Below, one piece after another: positions 19,628 to 29,570 of a stretch of 32,000 nucleotides of DNA. Both the position numbers and the translations under genes were made by a program. Numbering within the stretch: position 1 is the stretch's first letter; each line of letters begins with the position of its first letter. Source of the DNA: Candidatus Saccharimonadota bacterium (GTDB taxonomy: Bacteria; Pseudomonadota; Alphaproteobacteria; CAJXXZ01; 1604HC); NCBI RefSeq assembly GCF_008189285.1, contig NZ_CP043315.1:30001-62000 (forward strand), given 5' to 3'. Under the pieces are notes generated by a model, which made no database searches, had not been told where the DNA came from, and saw nothing but the letters and a program-made list of their open reading frames with translations.

Positions 19628-21573
19628 TATCTTTTTGCCAAACTATTTAATGGGACAATTTTTACTACATTGCCAAATTTAACTTGAGCATGATGAACTC
19701 CAGTTTCCTCAACAATTCCATGTCCAAATATATCATGAAATACTTTGTTTCCATTTTTCTTGTGCTTAAATGACTGGAAAGTTGAATTTTTTGAATCTAG
19801 CTCTTTTAAAAATCTAGATGGAGTTGTAGACATGTATTTTCCATGCTGCATTCTGCTTTGTGCGTATGATATTGCTAAGTAAGATCTAGCTCTTGTTAGC
19901 GCAACATATGCTAATCTTCGCTCTTCTTCAGTGTTAGCTCTTGATCTTATATGAGGAAACAACCCTTCTTCCCATCCAGGCAAAAATACGATATCAAATT
20001 CCAATCCTTTTGCTGCATGAACTGTCATCAGTTGAACATCTTTATCATCATCAGACTTTATATTGCTCCATAGAACATAATTTGCATATTCTTCTGCTCC
20101 TTCAAACTCTCCAACAGATTCCAGCCATCTGTTTAGATTTTCTTGTCTAGGAGGTTCAGATGCTTCAAACAATCCAGATTCTTCAATTATTTTTTTAGCT
20201 AATTTTGAAAAAGGAAGGGGAGAGCTTTTCCATGAATCAAATTGATCTAGAATTTCCTTTAATTTATTATTTGTAGATTCATTTAATCCGCTATTGTCTA
20301 TTTTATCTTTTACAGAAGCTCCAGGAGAGCTTTCTATTTTATCTATAGTAGTTTTTCCTATTCCTCGTTTTGGAGATTGAATCAATCTGCTGAAAGCCAT
20401 GAAGTCATTTGGATTAGCTAGAAATCTAATGTATGAAACAGCATCTTTGATTTCAGCTCTATCAAGCAATTGAATCGATCCAACAATAGAATATTTGATA
20501 TTTGCATTAAGAAGGCTTTCCTCCATAGAGTCCATTTGCGCTGAAGTTCTGAATAATATTGCTACAGATGCGTCAGGATTTTTTTCTTTTTCCTGAGCAA
20601 TAATTTTGCAAATCTCGCTACTTTCTTCTTTTTCATGAATAGCAACAAATACATCTACTTTTCTATCTGAAACAGAATTTGGCAGTAATTCTTTGTCTAT
20701 TCTATTTTTATTGAATTTAATAAGTGAGTTTGCGCTTTTTATAATCTTATCAGTAGATCTGTAGTTTTGGTCCAATATAATTCTTTGTGAGTTTTTAAAT
20801 TCTTCACCAAAGCCAAGAATGTATTTTATATTTGAGCCTCTAAATGAGTAGATTGCCTGATCTGGATCTCCAACACAGCATAATTGATTTTCTTTTCCAC
20901 ATATTAGTTTTAGCCATTCATGTTGGACTTCGTTTATATCTTGATACTCATCCACGCAAATTAGTTTATATTGTTCTTTATATTGCGCCAAAACTGATGG
21001 GTTATTTTTCCATAATTTAATTGCATTAACTAACAAGTCAGCAAAATCCATCGCATTCATTTCTTTTAGTCTTTTTTGATATATCTCTCCAATATCTCTT
21101 TCTGCAGGATTTAGGTCTCCGAATGTGCCTTTTTCTTTTGCTCTTTGAATTAGCTCCAAAATCTGACTTGGCCTAGAATCTTTGAATTTCATATGACTCA
21201 TAATTTTTCTTATTAACTGCAATTGATCATCATATGAAAGAACTTGAATGTTCTCAAATCCTAATAATTTTTCATGAGTTTGCACGATATTTAAAGAGAT
21301 TCTATGAAAAGTCCCTATTGAAATCATAGATGCAAAATGGCCCAAATGAGATTCTAGCCGTTTTTTCATTTCATGCGTGGCTTTATTAGTGAATGTAGTT
21401 GCCATTATTTGATTAGGAAGAACTAATCCCTGATCAATGTAATGACATATCTTTGATACAATTGTTTTTGTTTTACCAGTTCCCGCTCCAGCTACTATAA
21501 GCAGGTTATCTTTGCACTGAACCGCTTTTTCCTGGTTTGGATTTAAATTATGCATATAGCTAATTTGTACCAC
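19627..21573 (-). CDS. uvrD: UvrD/Rep/PcrA-type SF1 ATP-dependent DNA helicase
   Basis: Motifs LLIVAGAGTGKT (I), TFHRI, CVDEYQDIN (II), VGDPDQAIYSFRG (III), YRS, TVHAAKGLEFD (V) and AYVALTRAR (VI). The longest ORF starts at GTG 21573; an alternative start is ATG 21555 (MHNLNPNQEKAV). Confidence 0.9.
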   Translation of the reverse strand: MVQISYMHNLNPNQEKAVQCKDNLLIVAGAGTGKTKTIVSKICHYIDQGLVLPNQIMATTFTNKATHEMKKRLESHLGHFASMISIGTFHRISLNIVQTHEKLLGFENIQVLSYDDQLQLIRKIMSHMKFKDSRPSQILELIQRAKEKGTFGDLNPAERDIGEIYQKRLKEMNAMDFADLLVNAIKLWKNNPSVLAQYKEQYKLICVDEYQDINEVQHEWLKLICGKENQLCCVGDPDQAIYSFRGSNIKYILGFGEEFKNSQRIILDQNYRSTDKIIKSANSLIKFNKNRIDKELLPNSVSDRKVDVFVAIHEKEESSEICKIIAQEKEKNPDASVAILFRTSAQMDSMEESLLNANIKYSIVGSIQLLDRAEIKDAVSYIRFLANPNDFMAFSRLIQSPKRGIGKTTIDKIESSPGASVKDKIDNSGLNESTNNKLKEILDQFDSWKSSPLPFSKLAKKIIEESGLFEASEPPRQENLNRWLESVGEFEGAEEYANYVLWSNIKSDDDKDVQLMTVHAAKGLEFDIVFLPGWEEGLFPHIRSRANTEEERRLAYVALTRARSYLAISYAQSRMQHGKYMSTTPSRFLKELDSKNSTFQSFKHKKNGNKVFHDIFGHGIVEETGVHHAQVKFGNVVKIVPLNSLAKR

Positions 21574-21621
21574 ATTTTGCGCAAGCTATAAATTCATGAA
21601 GAGATATAATATAATTTAGGA

Positions 21622-22236
21622 ATGAAGAGAAATATTTTCATTGCTTTTTCTATGCTAACTGCATTTATTTATGTAAAACAATTGAAAAAATATCAGATTC
21701 AAAAAATAACTATTCTAGGAAATATAATGACAACAAAAAATGAAGTTGTTAAATTGATTCCTAAGGGAATGTATGAGTGTAATGCAGCAAAAATAAGGCG
21801 CAATATGATCAAAATGCCATGGGTTGCAGATTGTACAGTAAAAAAAGTGTGGCCATATGAGGTTGTTGTTTTTATTGAAGAAGAGATTCCTATTTTTGAA
21901 AATGCCAATTTTTATATTACTTCAGTAGGCAAAATGATCAAGAAAGATTCTAGGGAATATCCAATTTCTAGAATTAAGTTTTCAGGAAAGTTTGTAGCAT
22001 CTGAAATTGAGAATGCATTTAAGATTATGTCTCAACATGAAGATTTATTAGAAAAAGTTGATGCAATACATAGAAAACGAGAAGATAGATTTGATCTTAA
22101 CATTAAAAATAAAACAATTAAATGTTTAGATGGAGATCTTAATCGCTGTATTATAAGATATTTATCTTTGCCTAAATATATTCCTAATTCTAAAAATATT
22201 GATCTAAGGCATCCACAAAGAGCCGTTTTTTACTAA
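21622..22236 (+). CDS. ftsQ: cell division protein FtsQ (POTRA domain)
   Basis: N-terminal hydrophobic segment. POTRA-like IQKITILGNIMTTKNEV..IRRNMIKMPWVADCTVKKVWPYEVVVFIEEEIPIF. The family-typical C-terminal motif IDLRHPQRAV is present. Confidence 0.65.
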   Translation: MKRNIFIAFSMLTAFIYVKQLKKYQIQKITILGNIMTTKNEVVKLIPKGMYECNAAKIRRNMIKMPWVADCTVKKVWPYEVVVFIEEEIPIFENANFYITSVGKMIKKDSREYPISRIKFSGKFVASEIENAFKIMSQHEDLLEKVDAIHRKREDRFDLNIKNKTIKCLDGDLNRCIIRYLSLPKYIPNSKNIDLRHPQRAVFY

Positions 22237-22492
22237 ATCAATAATATTATTTTCTTCATGAATTGAATTGGTTGAAATAGCAATTGACCTTTAATTATGC
22301 TAATAATGCAAATTCTTCATATTCAGAATTTAAAAAATTCTTAATTTAACAGATTAACAATATTCACATTTAATTTAATAATAGCTTGCATTTAATTTGA
22401 GTGTAATTCACATTTAATTTTAATAAGAGTCAATGTTTAATTAGAATCCATATTAATTTTTAATGTCAGTTTTGTAAAATTTTGTAAAAATA

Positions 22493-22579
22493 CAGATAGA
22501 GTGGGATTCGAACCCACGAGATACTCGCGCATCTGCCGGTTTTCAAGACCGGTGCTTTCGGCCGCTCAGCCATCTATCC
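22493..22579 (-). tRNA. tRNA-Ser (anticodon TGA)
   Basis: The reverse complement reads ggatagatggctgagcggccgaaagcaccggtctTGAaaaccggcagatgcgcgagtatctcgtgggttcgaatcccactctatctg. It is 87 nt with a long variable arm, a T-loop ggttcgaatcc and discriminator G. Confidence 0.93.
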
Positions 22580-22620
22580 GATTTTATGATATCAAAAAAT
22601 TATGATATGTTGTAGATGTT

Positions 22621-23289
22621 ATGGGAAAAATATTTTATTATGCAAAATCTGCTCTATTTATATCGATAATGTATTCATTTACAGCATTGTATTTTGTAGT
22701 CGGGTTGCCACTTTTATTTAGTGAATCTTTCACGTACAAATACATGAGATCATGGTGCAAAATCATGATTGCTATAGTGCGTTTTTTTGGAGTGAAGAGT
22801 GAGATTGTTGGAAAAGTTCCTTCTGGGTCTGCGATTATATGTTCAAATCATCAGTCATATTATGAAATAATATTATTATTTGCAGCATTGGATAGGCCTG
22901 TTTTTGTTTTAAAAGCAAGTATTTTGAAAATTCCAATTTATAATTTATATTGCAAAGTAATGGGAATGATACCTGTTGATAGATCAAGATTTAATAAAGA
23001 TTGGCAAGATTTGGCGAAAAAACAATTAGAAAAAGGCAAGCAAGTGATTATGTTTCCCGAAGGAACTAGAGTTCCTATTGGAAGGACTGTTTCATATAAA
23101 CCTGGAGCATTTAAATTGGCAAAAGATATGAATATGCAAATATATCCTGCTAGCACTAATGCAGGAGAGATATGGTCTGGTCCAGGATTTTTGAAAAAAA
23201 CAGGAAAAGTTTATGTAAAATTTCATGATCCAATTGATCCAGACCCAATTTTGCTAAGAGATGCAATTAATTCTGTTGTTAAAATATAA
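22621..23289 (+). CDS. plsC: 1-acyl-sn-glycerol-3-phosphate acyltransferase
   Basis: N-terminal membrane segment. Acyltransferase block I CSNHQSYYE (HX4E instead of HX4D) and block III MFPEGTR. Confidence 0.85.
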   Translation: MGKIFYYAKSALFISIMYSFTALYFVVGLPLLFSESFTYKYMRSWCKIMIAIVRFFGVKSEIVGKVPSGSAIICSNHQSYYEIILLFAALDRPVFVLKASILKIPIYNLYCKVMGMIPVDRSRFNKDWQDLAKKQLEKGKQVIMFPEGTRVPIGRTVSYKPGAFKLAKDMNMQIYPASTNAGEIWSGPGFLKKTGKVYVKFHDPIDPDPILLRDAINSVVKI

Positions 23290-23362
23290 TTTAAATAACG
23301 AGCTGCTAATGCAATTTCACTGCTTCTGTTTGTTTTTATTTCTTAAGAAGATAGATTTTTTC

Positions 23363-23540
23363 ATCTAAAATTGATTTTACCATTGAAATATTATTTGAAA
23401 GTTTGTCAATATAATCTGACTGTTTCTATTTATTAAAAAATTAAATACAGCTTTTTATTTATCTAAAATTGATTTTACCATCGAAATATTATTTGAATTT
23501 TACTGTTTAGATATTATTTGAAGTTTAGATATTATTTGAA
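23363..23540. repeat. intergenic repeat cluster upstream of asd
   Basis: The 37-mer atctaaaattgattttaccatYgaaatattatttgaa occurs at 23363-23399 and 23461-23497 with 1 mismatch. tttagatattatttgaa occurs at 23506-23522 and 23524-23540. The core atattatttgaa therefore occurs 4 times. Confidence 0.9.
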
Positions 23541-23600
23541 TTTTTAATCTGAGCTCTTTAAGCGCTTTCAGTATTATTGATTGCATAGTATATTTTATAT

Positions 23601-24593
23601 ATGTTTAATATTGCGATTATTGGTGCTTCAGGATTGATTGGAAGGTCAATTTTAAGTGTTTTGCATGAAAGAAAATTTCCTATCAAGAATTTGTATTTAC
23701 TTGCAAGAAAAGAGCAAGAGATTTCTTTCGACGATAAGGTATTTAAATGCAATCGTCTTGATGAATTTGATTTTAAATCTGCCGATATAGTTTTTAATGC
23801 TACAGATAGAAGTGTAATTATGAAATATATGGGCGATATTGTTGAATCTGGAGCGTTTTTGATTGACAAATCAGATGCGTTACGCATGGATAAAGACGTT
23901 CCTCTTGTTGTTTCTGAGGTTAATTATGAAATTAATAAAGATAAAATAGAAGCAAATAAAATAGTTGCATCTCCTAATTGTGTGGCTATGCCTGCTGCAA
24001 TAATATTGAGCGCTTTGTTGCGAAAAACAAAAATAAGCCATGTGTTTATGACTGCGCTTCAATCTGTATCTGGAGTAGGGGGTAGTGGAACAAAAGGCCT
24101 ACTAGAAGAAACAAAGAAAAGCTTAATGTCTTCTCATCTTAATCCTGCTTATTTTGAAAAAGTTATTGCATTCGATATTTTGCCCAAAATTGGTGAAATT
24201 AATTCAGATCTTTCGTCCACAGAAGAGTTGAAAATTAAAAAAGAAATAAACAAAATAATTAAAAATAAATTATATATGCATGTGACATGTGCTAGAGTTC
24301 CAGTTTTGACAGGACATGCAATTGACATGCATATTCCATGCGATCTAAGCAGAGAAGATGCTGTTAAGGCATTAAAAAGCATGGAGTGTATTCATGTTTG
24401 CGATAGAGAAGATAATACGTATGTTACTCAACGAGAATCAGCTGGAGAAGATGAGATCTTTGTTAATAGAATTAGACACATAGATGGAGTTTTAAGCATG
24501 TGGGTTTCATATGATAATATTAGATCTGGTGGCGCTATCAATGGAGTGAAAATTGCCGAAAAAATTATTCAAAGCTTGAAATCTACTAATTAA
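23601..24593 (+). CDS. asd: aspartate-semialdehyde dehydrogenase
   Basis: Rossmann N-terminus IAIIGASGLIGRS, active-site ASPNCVAM, and RVPVLTGHAIDMHI in the C-terminal domain. Confidence 0.9.
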   Translation: MFNIAIIGASGLIGRSILSVLHERKFPIKNLYLLARKEQEISFDDKVFKCNRLDEFDFKSADIVFNATDRSVIMKYMGDIVESGAFLIDKSDALRMDKDVPLVVSEVNYEINKDKIEANKIVASPNCVAMPAAIILSALLRKTKISHVFMTALQSVSGVGGSGTKGLLEETKKSLMSSHLNPAYFEKVIAFDILPKIGEINSDLSSTEELKIKKEINKIIKNKLYMHVTCARVPVLTGHAIDMHIPCDLSREDAVKALKSMECIHVCDREDNTYVTQRESAGEDEIFVNRIRHIDGVLSMWVSYDNIRSGGAINGVKIAEKIIQSLKSTN

Positions 24594-24696
24594 ATCTTTT
24601 TTTGTATTGGTCAAATTTAATTCATAATTAGCTTTCTTTAATTTATAAAACTATCTTTTTTATATTTTAATCATTATGCAAAAGCATTATACAAAA

Positions 24697-24749
24697 TTTA
24701 TTTCTGATTTATTTCTGATTTATTTCTGATTTATTTCTGATTTATTCCT
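24697..24749. repeat. 11-bp tandem repeat (tttatttctga), 4 full copies plus a partial one
   Basis: tttatttctga occurs at 24697, 24708, 24719 and 24730, then tttattcct. It lies in the convergent asd/rnc spacer. Confidence 0.95.
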
Positions 24750-25110
24750 TCATCTTACTAGAGATATTTTTATATTTTAATTTTCAAATCACATAAAGTG
24801 ACAGATTAAAGAAAGTTAGTTTAGTTTATAAATTTATTGATGATATAGAATTATTAATGATGAAGAAATTGTGAAGTTATGATATTTAACGTAGAGCTTT
24901 TTCACAATTATTTAAAATTTAGCGTTTATTTTTTACTATTGCTCAATTTAGCGTTTATTTTTACGATAATTCAAAATGTATCTTTCCAACTTTATTTAAA
25001 ATTCAATTCAATCTCTTTGAAATATTTTCACCAACTTATTTCTGCTTAAGTTTAAATTAATCGTTATTTAACATCTATTTGTGTTTTTTTATCTTTAATT
25101 TTTTATGAAC

Positions 25111-25776
25111 TTATTTTCTATTTTTTTTATTATCAATTAGATCTGTGTATTTTTTTAGAAATTCCAATGCTGCATTTTTTTCAGCTGCTCTTATTGATTG
25201 GCTTACTCCAATTGTTATTTGCGTATTTACTTGTAATTCAACTGTATATTCTGGTTTGTGAGGAGGGCCATGCTGACTTACAAGTGTGTATTTGTATTCT
25301 TTTGAAGTTTTGTGAGTCCATTTTTGCAACAAAGATTTTGGATCTAATTCAGCAAAGCTCATAGCCTCTTTAGGCCAATTGTTTTGTACCAATTTGTATG
25401 CAGAATCCCACTCTCCATCTAAGAATACCGCCCCTATAATTGCTTCGCATGTATCTGCAAGAACGTTATCTGAATTTTCTCCTTTATATAATATGTAATC
25501 TTGAACATTCCACATTCTTGCTATCTTCAAAAGGGTGTGTTTGTTAACTTTTGTAGCTAATTCTTCAGCACACTCTTGCTCCGATTCATGTTTTTGACTC
25601 CATATCATTTTTGCTATTGATAAATTAAGAACCCTATCTCCTATGAATTCTAATAATTCAAACTTAGATTTTTTATAACTAGGATGCGTGATCGCGTTTT
25701 TAGAATAAAAATTATTTTTAAATTTATAATTTATATTTTCTTCTAGCAACTTGATTGATTTAGATAAATCTTCCAA
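25111..25776 (-). CDS. rnc: ribonuclease III
   Basis: Signature ELLEFIGDRVLNL (consensus ERLEFLGD), second catalytic cluster LADTCEAIIGAVF, and a C-terminal dsRNA-binding domain (..SIRAAEKNAALEFLKK). TTG start. It overlaps the lepB stop by 17 nt, in the conserved lepB-rnc order. Confidence 0.92.
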   Translation of the reverse strand: MEDLSKSIKLLEENINYKFKNNFYSKNAITHPSYKKSKFELLEFIGDRVLNLSIAKMIWSQKHESEQECAEELATKVNKHTLLKIARMWNVQDYILYKGENSDNVLADTCEAIIGAVFLDGEWDSAYKLVQNNWPKEAMSFAELDPKSLLQKWTHKTSKEYKYTLVSQHGPPHKPEYTVELQVNTQITIGVSQSIRAAEKNAALEFLKKYTDLIDNKKNRK

Positions 25777-26569
25777 TTCTACTCCATTTTATGTTGATAA
25801 TCATGCTAATGATGCTAAATGGCAATCTTATGATCCATGATATCCAGTTATTTTCTTGAGCCATTCTAGAGCTTGATCCAAATATGATCAAAGTAGGCTT
25901 TCCTATAATTCTATCGTAAGAAACAGAGGAAACAAAATTGTGAAATCTAAAATCTTGCGAAAAGTGCATATTGTCTCCCATGCAAAATACATGCCCATTT
26001 GGCACTTCAAATATTTCTGTATTGTCTGATGCAATGTTTCTATCAGAAATATTATCCGGATCCCTTCTCAATATCTCATAAGATTTTCCAGATGGAAGTG
26101 TGACAGAAAACACACTCATATCTTCTTTGCTTCCATTGTCATGAATAAGTTCATATGCTTCTTTATATTCTATTTTCATAGCTTCGTTATTAATATATAT
26201 TGTTCCATTTTTCATTTGAACTTTATCTCCATTTATACCGATTATTCGTTTTGTATAAAGCTTAGAAGGCTCTTTATCTATTGAGAAACATATAACATCT
26301 CCTCTTTGTGGAGTTTTTGCCATTATTTTATTTTTCCAAAATGGCAACATTCCACCTATAAATGGAATAGACATTCTAGAAAATCCATAATTATATTTAG
26401 TTGCGATAACAACATCTCCATTTTCCATTGTTCTAGACATTGATTCAGATGGAACGATATATGGTTCAAATAAGAATATGCGAACAAATATTATCAATCC
26501 TATGAAAATATTATTTCTTAATTTCTTTGTAATTTGCACTATTTTACCTATAAATTCCTTGTTAGCCAC
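25760..26569 (-). CDS. lepB: signal peptidase I
   Basis: N-terminal TM segment, catalytic Ser box VPSESMSRTM, Lys box YTKRIIGINGDKV, and box E GDNMHFSQDFR. GTG start. Confidence 0.9.
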   Translation of the reverse strand: MANKEFIGKIVQITKKLRNNIFIGLIIFVRIFLFEPYIVPSESMSRTMENGDVVIATKYNYGFSRMSIPFIGGMLPFWKNKIMAKTPQRGDVICFSIDKEPSKLYTKRIIGINGDKVQMKNGTIYINNEAMKIEYKEAYELIHDNGSKEDMSVFSVTLPSGKSYEILRRDPDNISDRNIASDNTEIFEVPNGHVFCMGDNMHFSQDFRFHNFVSSVSYDRIIGKPTLIIFGSSSRMAQENNWISWIIRLPFSIISMIINIKWSRIGRFI

Positions 26570-26692
26570 ACATTATCATGATTAAATATGAATGTATAGT
26601 AAGTAAAACAGTAAGTAATTTTCAATTGATCTATAAAAAAATGCTTATCGATGATAAAATCTAATACTGAGTTTATGCTGAAAAGAGGAACC

Positions 26693-28102
26693 ATGAGCAT
26701 ATTAAATAAAATGATAATGAATGGAAAAGAAATATTCCCCTTAGTCGAGGGAGGAAAGGGGATTTCTGCGACAAATGGGGAAAGCTCTGGAGCATGGGCT
26801 GCATGTGGTGGAATTGGAACTATTTCTGCTGTATATGGCGATGTTGTAGAAGATAAATTAGTTCAAATCAAAGGAATAGATGGGTTTGATGGCCCAACAA
26901 GAGATGAAAGATCATTGCAATTGGCTGAACATACAATCAAAGCAACTGTATCTCAAATTAAAATTGCTAAAGAGAGATCAAATGGAAATGGTCTTTTGAA
27001 TATTAATTTACTTTGGGAGTTAGCAAAAACTAAAGAAATAATGCATGGCGTTTTGGAAAAAGCAGGTCATTTGTTAAATGGAGTTACGTGTGGAGCGGGA
27101 ATTCCTTACAAATTAGCTGAAATAGTATCAAAATATGGATTGCTATATTACCCAATTGTCTCATCTGCATTAGTTTTTAAGATTTTATGGAAGCGAGCTT
27201 ATTCTAAATACAAAGAAACTCTTGGCGCTGTAGTGTATGAAGATCCTTGGGTTTCTGGAGGTCATTTAGGGATTAGTAATAGGGAAGACCCTAAAAAAAG
27301 AGAAAGTGCACTAGATAGAGTGATTAGCTTGAGAAAAACTATGAATGAATTAGGTTTGCAATCTACTCCTATTATTATGGCTGGAGGAGTTTGGCATCTT
27401 AGTGATTATGAAAAAGATTGGATTAACAATGATTTTCTACAACCTATAATGTTTCAACTTGGAACAAGGCCATTGTTGACACAAGAAAGTCCTATTTCAG
27501 ATGAATGGAAAATGAAGCTGTTTGATTTGAAAGAAGGAGATGTAGAGATAAATAAATTTAGCCCTACAGGATTTTATTCTTCTGCTGTTGGAAATTCGTT
27601 TTTGCGAGAATTGCAGGGCATAAGCGAAAGACAAGTTGCATATTCTAGAGAAAAAGATGAAAATTTCTCCGCAGAATACAAACAAGGAAGAAGAAGTATT
27701 TATTTTCACAGTGATGATTTGACCAAAGTTCTTGATTGGAATGCAAAGGGATATGATAAAGGAATGTATACCCCAGATGAAACAATAGTTTTTGTAACTG
27801 AAGAAAAGTCAAAGCAAATTGTTCAAGATCAAATTAATTGCGTTGGATGTTTGAGTAATTGCAAGTTTAGTAATTGGTCTAACTCGGAAAGTGGAACCAC
27901 TGGAATGAAGCCAGATCCTAGATCTTTTTGCATATACAAGACATTGCATAATATATCTCACGGGCAATCTGTTGATAATAACTTGATGTTTGGTGGATAC
28001 AATGCATATAAATTTGGACAAGATCCATTTTATTTCAAGAATGGAAAGAAGTTCATTCCTACAGTTAAAGAATTATTCGAAAGAATGTTGACTGGATATT
28101 AA
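26693..28102 (+). CDS. nitronate monooxygenase (NMO)/FabK-like FMN TIM-barrel oxidoreductase with long C-terminal extension
   Basis: FPLVEGGKGISA..GGIGTIS, VTCGAGIP, EDPWVSGGHLG and PIIMAGGV..FQLGTRPLLTQES align by eye with FabK/NMO blocks (QGGM..GGLG, TTGAGNP, EGMEAGGHIG, VIAAGGI..VQVGTRF). I prefer ATG at 26693, preceded by AGAGGA, over ATG at 26651. The C-terminal ~180 aa extend beyond the usual barrel and contain CVGCLSNC. Confidence 0.6.
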   Translation: MSILNKMIMNGKEIFPLVEGGKGISATNGESSGAWAACGGIGTISAVYGDVVEDKLVQIKGIDGFDGPTRDERSLQLAEHTIKATVSQIKIAKERSNGNGLLNINLLWELAKTKEIMHGVLEKAGHLLNGVTCGAGIPYKLAEIVSKYGLLYYPIVSSALVFKILWKRAYSKYKETLGAVVYEDPWVSGGHLGISNREDPKKRESALDRVISLRKTMNELGLQSTPIIMAGGVWHLSDYEKDWINNDFLQPIMFQLGTRPLLTQESPISDEWKMKLFDLKEGDVEINKFSPTGFYSSAVGNSFLRELQGISERQVAYSREKDENFSAEYKQGRRSIYFHSDDLTKVLDWNAKGYDKGMYTPDETIVFVTEEKSKQIVQDQINCVGCLSNCKFSNWSNSESGTTGMKPDPRSFCIYKTLHNISHGQSVDNNLMFGGYNAYKFGQDPFYFKNGKKFIPTVKELFERMLTGY

Positions 28103-28630
28103 AAAAATTAATTTTTTCTATAATCAGGAAATAGTTTTTTATAAAAGCAGTTTAAGTAATGTATTTCGTTTGCAAATAGTTTTGTATCAAAGTATTTTAA
28201 TTTTTCAAATAATTTAAATAAAATAAATTCTGCCTAAGCAATGTCTTTTTGTAGGTAAATTTATAACACTTTAAATTTCATCTAAAGCAATATTTCTGAA
28301 TCATTAATAAATATTATCGCATTTTGAATTGCTTCTTATGGCAAGCTAAGCTTTTTTTTATTTAAGTATCTTAGAAATATTTATAGTGACTTTGTTCTTT
28401 TCAGAATATAAAGTTAAATTTTTATTGCATTTTATTTATTGAAATAAACTAAGCTTTGTTCATGCGCTTCAAATAGAAATAGAATTATGGAATAAGCTAA
28501 TTGTTATTTAAGTATTCGAATGGCAATAGAATAGAATTAAACAGTCCTTTGAAGTATATAAAAATTAAAGTTTATGATTTGTGCATCATAAGAATAGCAT
28601 TCATTTTACGTTTTTTTGCAAAAGCATACT

Positions 28631-29197
28631 TTACGCTTTTTGCAAAAACATAATGTGAGACTTTCCCTCTATTTTTTCTTTTAATACTTTGAAATTTGCA
28701 TGCTCATACTGATGTTTTCTGTATGATCTTACAGATATTATCGAATTTTCATCTATTAAATTTTTCTCTAACAGGTTTTCCAAAACTAAATTTTCTTTTT
28801 GTTCTGGAAATGGCAAATCTATAAATAATGTATCAAAAACCTCGTCAGGGAAATTAACTTTTAATGCGTTGGATATGTATGTTCTTGCCTTTATGTTCAG
28901 AATATCTGAGTTTATATCCCACTTTTTTACTGTTTCATTTAGATTTCTTATTACAGATGGGTCTTTGTCTACAAAAACAACTTCATTTGCTCCACGTGAA
29001 AGAGCTTCTAATCCTAAAGATCCGCTTCCACAGCATAAATCAAGAACTTTATTTATTTTTTGTCTACTCTCTATTGTATCGAAAATTACTCGTCTAATTC
29101 TCGCTAAAGGAGGTCTAGCAGGATGAATAACAGGCATAGATTTCATGCGATATATTCCCTTTATAATGCGGGGATTTATAACTCGTTTATTAAGCAC
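28631..29197 (-). CDS. rsmD: 16S rRNA (guanine966-N2)-methyltransferase RsmD-like
   Basis: RIIKGIYR.., ARPPLARIRRVIFD, SAM-binding VLDLCCGSGSLGLEALSRGA, VVFVDKD and FIDLPF (DPPY-type motif). The longest ORF reaches GTG at 29263, inside iscA. I prefer GTG at 29197, which overlaps the iscA stop as GTGCTTAA and gives a family-typical 188 aa. Confidence 0.8.
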   Translation of the reverse strand: MLNKRVINPRIIKGIYRMKSMPVIHPARPPLARIRRVIFDTIESRQKINKVLDLCCGSGSLGLEALSRGANEVVFVDKDPSVIRNLNETVKKWDINSDILNIKARTYISNALKVNFPDEVFDTLFIDLPFPEQKENLVLENLLEKNLIDENSIISVRSYRKHQYEHANFKVLKEKIEGKSHIMFLQKA

Positions 29198-29570
29198 AGA
29201 ATGACTTTCCACATGCACATTTGCACTGTTCGTTAGGATTATTGAATACAAACCCTGAAGCACTTTCAGTTTCGTGATAGTCTATTGTAGCCTCAGAAAG
29301 CATTTTTAATGTATCGTCATCCATAAATGCTTTAACTCCATTTGTATCAATGTAATGCTCGCCATTTATTTCAAATACATATTCCATTCCATAAGACATT
29401 CCAGCACATCCATCTCTAGCAACATTTATTCTTATTCCTAGAGGTTTTTTGCCTTTTTTTTGCTCGTATTGGTCGAATTTTTCAATAATTTTACTAGCAG
29501 CTTTTTCAGATATGCAAGGAGGAACAATATTTTCCAACTTCACTTCTGTTGTATCATTTGAACAGTTCAT
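29190..29570 (-). CDS. iscA: iron-sulfur cluster insertion protein, IscA/ErpA (HesB) family
   Basis: RDGCAGMSYGMEY and the C-terminal CACGKSF (C-x-C-G-x-S-F) three-Cys pattern. The ATG overlaps the iscU stop as ATGA. Confidence 0.88.
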   Translation of the reverse strand: MNCSNDTTEVKLENIVPPCISEKAASKIIEKFDQYEQKKGKKPLGIRINVARDGCAGMSYGMEYVFEINGEHYIDTNGVKAFMDDDTLKMLSEATIDYHETESASGFVFNNPNEQCKCACGKSFCA

